Assembly: GCA_963696805.1 (NCBI GenBank)
Contig: CAVOLF010000009.1
Coordinates: forward strand, 68,127 to 132,126
Origin: an uncultured Rikenellaceae bacterium
Lineage (GTDB): Bacteria > Bacteroidota > Bacteroidia > Bacteroidales > VadinHA17
Length of the DNA: 64,000 nt
Direction of reading: 5' to 3'
In this document: in pieces, positions 18,849-28,981 of the stretch
Position numbering within the stretch: the stretch's first letter is position 1
How the letters are laid out: each line of letters starts with the position of its first letter
Made by a program: the position numbers and the translations under genes
The notes under the pieces: model-generated
What the model was told of the DNA's origin: nothing
The model's database searches: none
The model's input: only the letters and a program-made list of their open reading frames with translations

Positions 18849-20689
18849 ATGTGCGGAATTGTAGGTTACATCGGTTCCCGTCCTGCCCGTGATATAGTCA
18901 TCAACGGACTCAAGAGGCTGGAATACAGGGGTTATGACTCCGCCGGGAATTGCTATAAGCGACGGGGAGAGGACAGAGATCTTCAAGTGTGCAGGCAGGG
19001 TCCGTGATCTTGAGGAGATGGTTGCCGGCAAGGATTTCGACGGTTCAATAGCAATGGGTCACACCAGGTGGGCCACTCACGGGGAGCCCAATGAGATAAA
19101 TGCCCACCCGCAGGTATCGTGCAGGGGGCATTTTATTGTAGTACATAACGGCATCATTGAGAATTATTCCCGAATCAAGAAGCACCTGGAAAGCCGGGAC
19201 GTAAAGTTCACGAGCCAGACTGACACTGAGGTGCTGGCCAACCTGATGGAACATCTCTATCTTGAAGGCGACCTGTCAGCCGAACAGGCAATCATCATGG
19301 CCCTGAACAAGGTGGAAGGTACTTACGGTATTGCCGTGTACTGCCGTGATGAGCCAGGCAAGCTCTTTGCCGCCAGGCTGGGTTCACCGCTGGTGATAGG
19401 TGTGGGTGACGGCGAGAACTTCATTGCATCAGATGCCACTCCCATAGTTGAGCATACCCAGCGGGTGATCTATCTCAATGATGATGACCTCGCGGTCATA
19501 CGGAAGGATGAGATGGTGCTGAAGGCGATAAGAAACAAGAGGGTTGAGCCTGAGGTAAAGGAGGTTGACCTGAAGATCGGAGAGATTGACAAGGAGGGTT
19601 ACCCCCATTTCATGCTCAAGGAGATATTTGAACAGCCGCGTGCTATTCATGATACCTTCAGGGGCAGGGTGCTGCCGAATCAGTCGGGGCTCATGCTGGG
19701 AGGCCTGCACAATGTGTTTGACACCATAGCCTCGGCAGACAGGATAATGATTGTTGCATGCGGCACATCATGGCATGCCGGGCTGGTGGGCGAGTACATC
19801 ATAGAGGAGTACTGCCGCATACCCGTTGAGGTTGAGTATGCCTCTGAGTTCAGGTACCGTAACCCTGTGATCAAGAAGGGTGACATAGTCCTGGCTATCA
19901 GCCAGAGCGGCGAGACAGCCGATACGCTGGCGGCAATACGCCTGGCAAAGGAACGCGGAGCCATGGTTCTGGGCATATGCAACGTGGTGGGGTCATCCAT
20001 ATCACGTGAGACCAATGCCGGCGTCTTCACTCATGCCGGCCCTGAGATAGGGGTAGCTTCAACAAAGGCATTCACCACCCAGGTGGTGACACTGGCAATG
20101 ATCTCATTCGAGATAGGGTACCGCAAGGGATTATTGACGAAGCCCGTTACCGCGGTCTGATAGGCGAGCTGACAAGCTCTTCCCGGAAAAGATTGAGATG
20201 GCACTTAAGGTTAATGACCAGGCACTGGCGCTGGCTAAGATATACAAGGACTCAACCAATGCCCTTTACCTGGGCAGGGGGTTGCTCTACCCGGTGGCCC
20301 TGGAAGGAGCCCTGAAGCTCAAGGAGATCTCTTATATCCACGCCGAGGGATACCCGGCTGCAGAGATGAAGCATGGCCCCATAGCCCTTATTGATGAACA
20401 CATGCCCGTGGTGGTGGTGGCCACAAAGGAAAACTCCTATGACAAGATAGTGAGCAACATCCAGGAGGTAAAGGCACGGAAGGGGAAGGTAATAGCTGTT
20501 GTCACCGAGGGTGACCAGGTGATAAGTGCGATGGCTGATTATGTGATGGAGGTACCGGATACTATTTCGGTCTTCGCCCCTGTGCTGGCGGTGATACCGT
20601 TACAGTTGCTATCTTATCATATTGCCGTTCTGCGCGGATGCGACGTTGATCAACCACGCAACCTGGCAAAATCAGTCACTGTGGAATAA
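18849..20689 (+). pseudogene. glmS: glutamine--fructose-6-phosphate aminotransferase interrupted by three 1-nt indels (real or assembly error)
   Basis: Starts MCGIVGYIG...YRGYDSAG, then continues [12 protein letters not shown]...TRWATHG in the next frame (extra A at about 18948). It shifts again at the GGG run at 20127-20129 and at about 20170 (CTGAC). The tail ...[13 protein letters not shown] is canonical. The 1841-nt length equals 614 codons minus 1 nt. Confidence 0.9.
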
Positions 20690-20706
20690 TAAAAAGCTGA
20701 AGAATA

Positions 20707-22691
20707 TGGCTGACGGTTACAGAAGTCTGAGTATAGGAGAGATTCGCGGCCTCGAAGCTGCAGGCTGCCGGAGCAATTCATGGGAGAGTGTCTTTGTCAA
20801 GGACCCTTTCAATGCCGAAAGAATACAGAATGTCACTTTTTCAGGGATAGTAAGGCTCGGCTTTTTCAACGGCACAGCACGTGAGAGATGCGGCCTGCCG
20901 CTGCTCCACGGGATCAGGAACGCCCATATCCACAACTGCACCATATCTGACAATGTCACAATCACTGACATTACAGGCTTCATCGCCAATTATGACATTG
21001 GTGAAGGTGTGGTGATAAGGAACTGCGGCCATATCTCAACCGAGGGGCGCACATCATTCGGGAACGGAACCCGCGTGGCTGTCCTCAATGAGACAGGAGG
21101 CAGGGAGGTGCCCATATGGGACCGCCTGACATCACACATGGCATATATCATCACCCTCTACAGGCACAGGCCTGTGGCAATTGAAGTGATAGAAAAGTTC
21201 ATTGCCGACCACACCGAAAGCGTCAAGTCGGACCGCGGGGAGATAGGTGCAGGCTCATATATCGCCGGGTGCGGCACCATTAAGAACGTGAAGATAGGTT
21301 ACGGCGCCGTCATCGAGGATGTCTCACGACTGGCGGAAGGGTCGGTGAACAGCTCGTTCAAGGACCCGGTCTATATAGGCAATGACGTAATCATGGATCA
21401 CTTCATAATCTGCTCAGGATCAAGGGTTAATGACGCCGCCGTCATAGACAAGTGCTTCATTGGCCAGGGTTGTACCCTGTCAAAGCAGTATTCGGCGGAG
21501 AACTCACTCTTCTTTTCAAACTGCGGAGGATATCATGGCGAGGCATGCTCAATATTCGCCGGGCCCTACACGGTTACCCATCACAAATCGACACTGCTGA
21601 TAGCCGGCATCTTCTCATTCATGAACGCCGGCAGCGGATCAAACCAGAGCAACCACATGTACAAGCTTGGCCCGATCCACCAGGGTATCATGGAGAGAGG
21701 GTCTAAGACCACCTCCGACTCATACGTGCTGTGGCCGTCACGCATCGGGCCGTTTACGCTGGTCGTTGGCAGGCATTACCATAATGTCGATACCACGCAG
21801 TTTCCGTTCTCTTACCTGACTGAAGTGAACTATGAATCACAGCTTATTCCCGGAATAAACCTCCGCAGCGTGGGAACGATACGTGATGCCCAGAAATGGC
21901 CGAAGCGTGACATGCGCAAAGACCCGAAGAAGCTTGACCAGATAAACTATAACCTGCTGAGTCCGTTCACCGTGGGCAAGATGATGAACGGAAGGGAGCT
22001 GCTTAAGAAACTGCTGCGAGAGAACCCCGATCAGCCCTTCATCTCCTTTGACAGGATGAGAATGAAGACCTCTGCAGCCGAGCGGGGCATTACCCTCTAC
22101 CAGATGGGTATTGACAAGTTCATCGGCAACTCGGTGATCAAGAGGCTCGAAGGGACTGAGTTCAAAACGGATGCCGATATCAGGAAAAGACTGAAACCGG
22201 AATCCGACAGCGGTACCGGCGACTGGATCGACATGTCGGGACTCATTGCTCCGCTGAGGTCGATAGAGGAACTGCTTGTCTCCATCGAAAACAGGGAGAT
22301 GAAAAATGCCGACGCCATCAACAAGAGCTTCGAGCAGATTCACAGGCAGTATTATGACATGGAGTGGGCATGGATATATGAAAGGCTTCCCGGCGAGACC
22401 GGCAAGCCCAATGAGAAGCTTACGGCCAAAGATATTATTGATATTGTCGAAAGGTGGAAGAAGAGCGTGGTTGATCTCGACAGGATGCTCTATGAAGATG
22501 CCCGGAAGGAGTTCACCCTCTCATCAATGACCGGCTTCGGCATCGACGGTGATGATGAGGTGAAGAAGCGCGATTTCGAGCAGGTAAGGGGTGACTTCGA
22601 AAAGAACAGCGTCGTGCTCGCCATTCTCGATCATATCAAGATCAAGTCTGAACTGGGTGATGAGCTGATCGCCCGCCTGCGGCGCAAATGA
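20707..22691 (+). CDS. DUF4954-like protein with left-handed beta-helix (hexapeptide-like) repeats
   Basis: Starts MADGYRSLSIGEIRGLEAAGCRSNSWESVFV. Contains long I/V-G-x-x-x-x repeat runs (NVKIGYGAVIEDVSRLAEGSV...). The start is placed at the ATG at 20707, because the listed 20622 start overlaps glmS. Confidence 0.55.
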
Positions 22692-22816
22692 AGTCTCCAG
22701 TCCCCGGTCTTCAGTCTCCAGTCCTCATGCCAAGAGCCTGATAATCAATTCTTAATTCTTAAATCTTAATTCCGATTGCTGACTGCCGATTGCTGACTGC
22801 CGACTGATGACTATCG
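22692..22816. repeat. phase-locked heptanucleotide arrays filling a convergent-gene spacer
   Basis: agtc cores occur at 22692+7k (6 units). Then 10 consecutive units run in one register from 22747: aattctt aattctt aaatctt aattccg attgctg actgccg attgctg actgccg actgatg actatcg. The left (c)agtc half and right gactg half are reverse-complementary. Confidence 0.8.
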
Positions 22817-23866
22817 GTGCCCGTACATCTCGTCGTAATATTTTGAATAGGCTCCGGAGATAACCGTTTCGAGCCATTTCTCGTTCGCAAGATACCATTC
22901 TACGGTCATTTCCATTCCCTGTTCGAATGTGACCGACGGTCTCCAGCCCAGCTCCCGCTGAAGCTTGCTGCTGTCAATGGCGTACCTGAGGTCATGGCCT
23001 GCGCGGTCGGTTACATAAGTAATCAGCTTTTCAGAGCTTCCCACGGCCCTTTCAAGCTTTCTGTCCATGATGGCGCAGAGGACGCGCACGAGGTCAATGT
23101 TTTTCCACTCGTTGTCACCCCCAACATTATAGGTTTCCCCCTGTTTCCCCTCATGGAAGATCAGGTCAATGGCCGCGGCATGGTCCTCAACGTAAAGCCA
23201 GTCTCGTATGTTTTCTCCCTTGCCGTAGACCGGGATTGGTTTCATCATCTTTATGTTATTGATGGTAAGGGGAATCAGCTTCTCAGGGAACTGGTTTGGA
23301 CCGTAGTTGTTTGAGCAGTTCGATATCACCCAGGGCAGCCCGTAGGTGTTCCCGAAGGCCCTGACCATGTGATCCGAACTCGCCTTGGAGGCTGAATAGG
23401 GACTCCGGGGGTCGTATGCCGTCTGTTCGGTGAAGAAGCCCCCGTGCTCAAGCGAGCCGTAAACCTCATCGGTTGATATGTGGTAGAAGAGTTTCCTCAC
23501 ATCACTGCCGGGGTCGGCATCACGGAATGCCGTCAGCAGGTTAACGGTACCGATTATGTTTGTATAGATGAACTCATCAGGAGAACTGATTGACCTGTCG
23601 ACATGCGACTCGGCGGCCAGGTGTATGACACCGTCGAACCTGAACTCATTGAACAGGGCGCTCACAGCCTTTTTGTCAACTATGTCAACCCTGCGGAAGT
23701 GATAGTTAGGTGCTTTCTCAATGTCGGTGAGGTTGCCGAGGTTGCCGGCATAGGTCAGCATATCAGCGTTGACAATGGTGTAGTCAGGGTATCTCCTGAC
23801 AAGGCGTCTGACGACGTGTGAGCCTATGAACCCGGCTCCGCCGGTAACAAGTATTATCCTCTTCAT
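22811..23866 (-). CDS. rfbB: dTDP-glucose 4,6-dehydratase
   Basis: Starts MKRIILVTGGAGFIGSH, with YSASKASSDH (the YxxxK catalytic motif). The start is taken at the internal ATG at 23866. Confidence 0.9.
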   Translation of the reverse strand: MKRIILVTGGAGFIGSHVVRRLVRRYPDYTIVNADMLTYAGNLGNLTDIEKAPNYHFRRVDIVDKKAVSALFNEFRFDGVIHLAAESHVDRSISSPDEFIYTNIIGTVNLLTAFRDADPGSDVRKLFYHISTDEVYGSLEHGGFFTEQTAYDPRSPYSASKASSDHMVRAFGNTYGLPWVISNCSNNYGPNQFPEKLIPLTINNIKMMKPIPVYGKGENIRDWLYVEDHAAAIDLIFHEGKQGETYNVGGDNEWKNIDLVRVLCAIMDRKLERAVGSSEKLITYVTDRAGHDLRYAIDSSKLQRELGWRPSVTFEQGMEMTVEWYLANEKWLETVISGAYSKYYDEMYGHR

Positions 23867-24894
23867 GGTCTTTTCTCCTTTAGCCTGTTCTCCCACCGCC
23901 AGGCTGTATCCATAGCCTCGTCAAGCGATATCTCCGTTTTCCATTTAAGCTCACTGTTGGCCAGTGAGGGGTCAGCCCATATCTTTTCAATGTCTCCTGC
24001 CCTGCGGCCGGTAACGGTATAGTTCAGTTTTATCCCCGTAGCTCTCTCGAATGCCGCAATCGCCTCGAAGACGGAGACTCCTGTTCCCGTGCCGAGGTTA
24101 AAGACCTCGTAGTTCGTTTTATTCTCACCGTCAAGAAGTCGCCGCAATGCTGTCACATGAGCCCTGGCGAGATCGACAACATGGAGGTAATCACGTATGC
24201 AAGATCCGTCAGGAGTGTCATAGTCATTGCCGAACACCTTCAGTTCATCACGCAGGCCTATGGCTGTCTGGGTAATATAGGGAACCAGGTTTTCAGGCAC
24301 TCCGCGCGGCAGTTCGCCAATATGAGCTGTGGGGTGGGCACCTATCGGGTTGAAGTACCTGAGTGACACGGCCCTGTGCGATGGCCTTGATGCCATGGTG
24401 TCACGGATGATTATCTCGCCGGCCTGCTTGGTATAACCGTAGGGTGAGGCTGCCTCCTTCACCGGTGATGACTCTGTAACAGGCAGCGCATCAGGCTGAC
24501 CGTACACGGTGCATGATGACGAAAAGACCATCGCCGGCGTATTATGCCGCTCCATCATACCGAGGAGGTTGATAAGCGATGTCAGGTTGTTCCTGTAATA
24601 GTCAAGGGGTTTTCTGACCGACTCGCCCACCGCCTTGTAGGCTGCGAAGTGGATTATGGCATCTATCCTGCCCTCGGCGGCGAAGACCTCCTCGAGCTTT
24701 GTGACGTCACAGATATCATAGTCGTAGAATTTTGGCGTAACCGCGGTGATGGCATGGATGCCGTCAAGCACGGTGATGTCTGAGTTGTACAGGTTGTCAA
24801 TGATAATCACATCAAACCCATCCGTAATCAGTTCCACGGCCGTATGCGATCCGATGTAACCCGTGCCGCCGGAGACCAGTATTTTCTTCTTCAT
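23863..24894 (-). CDS. galE: UDP-glucose 4-epimerase
   Basis: Starts MKKKILVSGGTGYIGSH, with SSSCTVYG, YGYTK and RYFNPIGAH. The start is taken at the ATG at 24894. Confidence 0.85.
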   Translation of the reverse strand: MKKKILVSGGTGYIGSHTAVELITDGFDVIIIDNLYNSDITVLDGIHAITAVTPKFYDYDICDVTKLEEVFAAEGRIDAIIHFAAYKAVGESVRKPLDYYRNNLTSLINLLGMMERHNTPAMVFSSSCTVYGQPDALPVTESSPVKEAASPYGYTKQAGEIIIRDTMASRPSHRAVSLRYFNPIGAHPTAHIGELPRGVPENLVPYITQTAIGLRDELKVFGNDYDTPDGSCIRDYLHVVDLARAHVTALRRLLDGENKTNYEVFNLGTGTGVSVFEAIAAFERATGIKLNYTVTGRRAGDIEKIWADPSLANSELKWKTEISLDEAMDTAWRWENRLKEKRP

Positions 24895-26183
24895 TACAGA
24901 CTCCAGTATGTCAGCCACTTCATTTTGCCCCTGTAGAGGCCCTTCAGGTCTACAAGTATTCCCCTCTCGTTGAGGAGGTCAAGGAAGTATTTTTCATCAA
25001 GGCCTGAATACTCCCTGTGGGAGACGGCCACAATAATTGCGTCATACTTTCCTTCAGGCTTATCCTTCAGGTTTATGCCGTACTCATGTTTCACCTCTTC
25101 GGGTGATGCTCCCGGGTCGATGACGTCAACCTCAACACCGAAGTCGCGCAGCTCATTCACAACATCTATCACCTTTGAGTTGCGTATGTCGGTCACATCC
25201 TCCTTGAAGGTCATTCCCATAATCAGCACCCTGGACCTGTCAGGACTCTTGTGTGCGGCGATGATCTTTTTTACCGTCTCCTTGCCGGCGTAGGCGCCCA
25301 TGCTGTCATTGGTGAACCTTCCCGAGTCTATCATCTGGGGATGGTATCCCATGGACTTGGCCTTATACGAGAGATAATAGGGGTCTACGCCTATACAGTG
25401 GCCTCCCACCAGGCCGGGGTAGAACTTCAGGAAGTTCCATTTGGTTCCGGCAGCCTCAAGCACCTCGTAGGTATTGATACCCATACGGTTGAATATGATT
25501 GAGAGTTCATTCATGAAGGCGATGTTTATGTCGCGCTGTGTGTTCTCGATGATCTTGGCTGCCTCGGCAACCTTTATCGATGATGCACGGTGTACTCCGG
25601 CCTCTATAATGAGTTCGTAGGTTTTCGCTATGTTCTCTGCCGACTCAGGGTCACAGCCGCTGGTGACCTTGACGATCTTTGTAAGAGTGTGGTTCCTGTC
25701 GCCGGGGTTGATGCGCTCAGGTGAGAACCCGACCTTGAAATCGTCCGGATACTTTAGCCCGGAATACCTCTCAAGTACAGGCACACAGTCCTCTTCCGTG
25801 CATCCCGGATAAACGGTAGATTCATAGACCACGTAATCTCCCTTTTTAAGAATTCTTCCTACCGTTTCCGATGCCTTCAGCACGGGAGTGAGGTCAGGAA
25901 GATTGTGTTTGGTAACGGGTGTGGGGACTGCAATGATATGGAATGATGCCTCCCTGAGATCCTCAGGGTCGGAAGTGTATTTTATGTCTGTACCTTCGAA
26001 GGCTTCGTGTTCAAGCTCATTGCTCGGGTCTATGCCTTTCTTCATCAGCTCAACGCGGTCAGGCCTGATGTCAAAGCCCACCACCTTTATTTTACGGGCG
26101 AACTCGAGGGCGATGGGGAGGCCTACATACCCGAGGCCGATCAGGGAGAGACTTGTCTCCTTGCTTAAAAGTTTGTCGTACAT
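24894..26183 (-). CDS. UDP-N-acetyl-hexosamine 6-dehydrogenase (TviB/WbpO/WbpA-type nucleotide-sugar dehydrogenase)
   Basis: Contains LIGLGYVGLPIALEFA...VVGFDI and the catalytic region GGHCIGVDPYY. It is the first enzyme expected for a Wbp-type pathway and sits next to wbpB/D/E-like genes. Confidence 0.8.
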   Translation of the reverse strand: MYDKLLSKETSLSLIGLGYVGLPIALEFARKIKVVGFDIRPDRVELMKKGIDPSNELEHEAFEGTDIKYTSDPEDLREASFHIIAVPTPVTKHNLPDLTPVLKASETVGRILKKGDYVVYESTVYPGCTEEDCVPVLERYSGLKYPDDFKVGFSPERINPGDRNHTLTKIVKVTSGCDPESAENIAKTYELIIEAGVHRASSIKVAEAAKIIENTQRDINIAFMNELSIIFNRMGINTYEVLEAAGTKWNFLKFYPGLVGGHCIGVDPYYLSYKAKSMGYHPQMIDSGRFTNDSMGAYAGKETVKKIIAAHKSPDRSRVLIMGMTFKEDVTDIRNSKVIDVVNELRDFGVEVDVIDPGASPEEVKHEYGINLKDKPEGKYDAIIVAVSHREYSGLDEKYFLDLLNERGILVDLKGLYRGKMKWLTYWSL

Positions 26184-26184
26184 A

Positions 26185-27135
26185 TTATTTTTTAATTAGA
26201 GGATGATAATCTCCTGTTAATACTGAAAGAGCCGAGTTGCGTATCCGGTAAACGGTCTCGATGCTCTGTCGGGCATCTTCGAGCCCGTATCCGTGTCCCT
26301 TCAAAATTTCCCGGTAGGTGACGGTGTGGAGGTCGGTGAATCCTTCCGAGAATTCAAGTTCCTCACCGTCAACGGTGATGTGCCGGTATGTTCTATTTCC
26401 TTTTTCCTTTACTGTTTCGGGGAGGTCATTGAAGTCGATGCTCAGGAACCATCTGACGCGCGCTCTTTCGAGCTCGAGGAAACCGGAGGCTTTGTGTTTT
26501 TCAAGGAGGTGCACCCTGTTTGATACCACCGGACCGAAGATCCATCCCAGCATGTCAAAGAAGTGAACGCCGATGTTGGTTGCTATTCCGCCTGATTTGT
26601 TGACGTCTCCCTTCCATGATATATCGTACCAGTGACCACGGCTGGTGACATATGTAAGGTCTATGTCATGTTTTTTACCCGGAGGGGTGGCAGCGATCGT
26701 TTTGCGCAGCTCGATGATCACCGGGTGGTACCTGAGCTGAAGGATGTTGTAAATCCTGTGCCCGGTCTCCTTTTCTATCTCCTGGAGTGCGTCAATGTTC
26801 CACGGGTTGAGCACCACGGGCTTCTCGCAGATGGCGTCGGCCCGGTGCCTGAGTGCAAACCTGATGTGAGAGTCATGCAGGTAATTGGGTGAGCAGATGC
26901 TGACGTAATCAAGCTGTACGCCCCCTCTCTTCAGTTTGTCTATATGCCTGTCGAACCTCTCGAACTCGACGAAAAAATCGCTCTCGGGGAAGTAGCTGTC
27001 AATCTTGCCCACGCAGTCAAACCTGTCGAGGCTTGCCAGTAACCGGTTGCCGGTCTCTTTAATGGCTTTAAGATGCCGTTCGGCAATATAACCGGCAATA
27101 CCAATAAGCCCGAAATTTTTAGGTGTTTTATCCAT
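26185..27135 (-). CDS. Gfo/Idh/MocA oxidoreductase, WbpB-like (UDP-GlcNAcA 3-dehydrogenase)
   Basis: Contains GLIGIAGYIAERHLKAIK, ICSPNYLH and EKP. The context lies between the dehydrogenase and the acetyltransferase/aminotransferase. Confidence 0.75.
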   Translation of the reverse strand: MDKTPKNFGLIGIAGYIAERHLKAIKETGNRLLASLDRFDCVGKIDSYFPESDFFVEFERFDRHIDKLKRGGVQLDYVSICSPNYLHDSHIRFALRHRADAICEKPVVLNPWNIDALQEIEKETGHRIYNILQLRYHPVIIELRKTIAATPPGKKHDIDLTYVTSRGHWYDISWKGDVNKSGGIATNIGVHFFDMLGWIFGPVVSNRVHLLEKHKASGFLELERARVRWFLSIDFNDLPETVKEKGNRTYRHITVDGEELEFSEGFTDLHTVTYREILKGHGYGLEDARQSIETVYRIRNSALSVLTGDYHPLIKK

Positions 27136-27160
27136 CAGAAGATATTATGAAGGCATATGA

Positions 27161-27745
27161 TTACTGTACAATTTTTTTCACCCTTTCATCAGCAAGCAGG
27201 TATTTCTGTCCGCTCTCCGGGCAGACGGCCACTCCGTCGCTGTTGAAGGAGAGTTTGTGTCCGTATTCGGAGACCCATCCGGTCTGGCGGCCCGGGTTTC
27301 CTACCACCAGTGCAAAGGGTTTGACATTTTTTGTTATCACCGCACCGGCACCGATGAGTGAATATTCACCTATCTCATTGCCGCACACTATGGTGGCGTT
27401 GGCGCCGATTGAGGCTCCGCGCCTTACCGTAGTGGTGATGTACTGGTCGCGCCTGATGACGGCGCTGCGGGGATTGGTTATGTTTGTGAATACCATCGAG
27501 GGTCCGAGGAAAACATCATCTTCACATATAACTCCGGTATATATGGAGACATTGTTCTGGACCTTGACATTATTTCCCAGGATGACACCGGGTGAGACAA
27601 CGACGTTCTGGCCGAGGTTGCAGTTCTCTCCTATCACCGCGTCTTTCATGATATGGCTGAAGTGCCATATTTTTGTTCCTTTTCCTATCGTGCACCCCGC
27701 ATCGACCACGGCCGTCTCGTGTGCAAAAAACTCTCTATCCATCAT
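27161..27745 (-). CDS. hexapeptide-repeat N-acetyltransferase, WbpD-like
   Basis: Left-handed beta-helix repeats (GKGTKIWHFSHIMKDAVIGENCNLGQNVVVSPGVILGNNVKVQNNVSIY...). The start is taken at MMDREFF, because the listed longer ORF overlaps the upstream gene. Confidence 0.75.
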   Translation of the reverse strand: MMDREFFAHETAVVDAGCTIGKGTKIWHFSHIMKDAVIGENCNLGQNVVVSPGVILGNNVKVQNNVSIYTGVICEDDVFLGPSMVFTNITNPRSAVIRRDQYITTTVRRGASIGANATIVCGNEIGEYSLIGAGAVITKNVKPFALVVGNPGRQTGWVSEYGHKLSFNSDGVAVCPESGQKYLLADERVKKIVQ

Positions 27746-27749
27746 CTTT

Positions 27750-28877
27750 TCAGTTGAATTTTGACCTGATGCATCCGGTGATATATGATAGCTGTTCGTC
27801 GTCAAGCTCGGTGTGCATGGGCAGTGACAGCACCTGGCCGGTGAGCAGGGTGGTTACCGGGAAGTCATCTGCCCTGTAACCCAGGTGGGCATAGGCTTTC
27901 TGCATGTGCAGCGGCACGGGATAGTATATCATTGAAGGCACCCCCTCGTTCTCAAGGCACTCGCGTAGCCTGTTCCTCTCGCCGCCCTCGATGCGGAGGG
28001 TATACTGGTGAAATATATGTGATGAGTTTGCTGCACGAACGGGGATGGTTATGCCCGGCACCTCTGACAGCTCCCTGTCAAAATGGGCGGCCGCCTTCTG
28101 CCGTGCTTCGTTGAAGGCATCAAGATGGCTGAGCTTGACCCTGAGGATAGCGGCCTGGATGGTGTCAAGACGAGAGTTGACGCCTATGGTGTCATGGTAA
28201 TACCTGACCTTCATTCCGTGGTTCGTTATACTCCTTATAAGCTCCGCCAGCCCGTCATCGTCGGTGAAGAGGGCTCCGCCGTCACCGTAGCAGCCGAGGT
28301 TCTTGGAGGGGAAGAACGAGGTACAGCCTATGATGCCCATTGACCCGGCCTTTTTCACCGTGCCGTCACTGAAGCGGTATTCTGCTCCCGTAGCCTGTGC
28401 TGCGTCCTCGATGACATGTATGCTGTGACGGCGGGCAAGATCCATGATAGGCTCCATATCGGCACACTGTCCGAAGAGATGCACGGGCACTATCGCCCTG
28501 GTCCGCGGTGTGATTGCCTTTTCTATTGCCTCGGGGCTGATGTTGAATGTGCGGGGGTCAGGATCAACCAGGACCAGCTTCAGCCCGAGGAGCTCAATCA
28601 CCTCAACCGTCGCAATGAATGTGAAGTTTGTGGTTATCACCTCATCACCGGGTCTGAGGCCGAGGGCCATCATGGCTATCTGCAGTGCATCGGTGCCGTT
28701 GGCGCACGCAATGACATTGCGCACACCCAGGTAACCCTGAAGCTCCTCCTCAAAAAGACGGACATCAGGACCCTTGATGAAGGCCGTTGAGCTGATGACG
28801 TCCGAAATGGCACTGTCAATGTCTGCCTTAAGCCTCTCATACTGTGTACGGAGGTCAACCATCTCAATCTTTTTCAT
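27750..28877 (-). CDS. DegT/DnrJ/EryC1 PLP-dependent aminotransferase, WbpE/PorR-like
   Basis: Contains GPDVRLFEEEL...ANGTDALQIA...FFPSKNLGCYGDGG (PLP lysine region). About 375 aa. Confidence 0.85.
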   Translation of the reverse strand: MKKIEMVDLRTQYERLKADIDSAISDVISSTAFIKGPDVRLFEEELQGYLGVRNVIACANGTDALQIAMMALGLRPGDEVITTNFTFIATVEVIELLGLKLVLVDPDPRTFNISPEAIEKAITPRTRAIVPVHLFGQCADMEPIMDLARRHSIHVIEDAAQATGAEYRFSDGTVKKAGSMGIIGCTSFFPSKNLGCYGDGGALFTDDDGLAELIRSITNHGMKVRYYHDTIGVNSRLDTIQAAILRVKLSHLDAFNEARQKAAAHFDRELSEVPGITIPVRAANSSHIFHQYTLRIEGGERNRLRECLENEGVPSMIYYPVPLHMQKAYAHLGYRADDFPVTTLLTGQVLSLPMHTELDDEQLSYITGCIRSKFN

Positions 28878-28956
28878 GGATTTTTATGTCTCTCTATGGC
28901 GAAGATAATAGAATTTATTTTAACCTTTTTTTCCGCTCCCCAATCAGGTTTCTTTT

Positions 28957-28964
28957 TATCTTTG
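28957..28964 (+). promoter_or_regulatory. candidate -7 promoter box TATCTTTG
   Basis: Matches TAnnTTTG, 18 nt upstream of the ATG at 28982. Confidence 0.3.
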
Positions 28965-28981
28965 TTCATTATTGCTTATAC

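Noticed and set aside
20622-20706. N-terminal extension of the DUF4954-like ORF
   Set aside because: The extension overlaps the last 68 nt of glmS in another frame. The family-typical N-terminus begins at the ATG at 20707.
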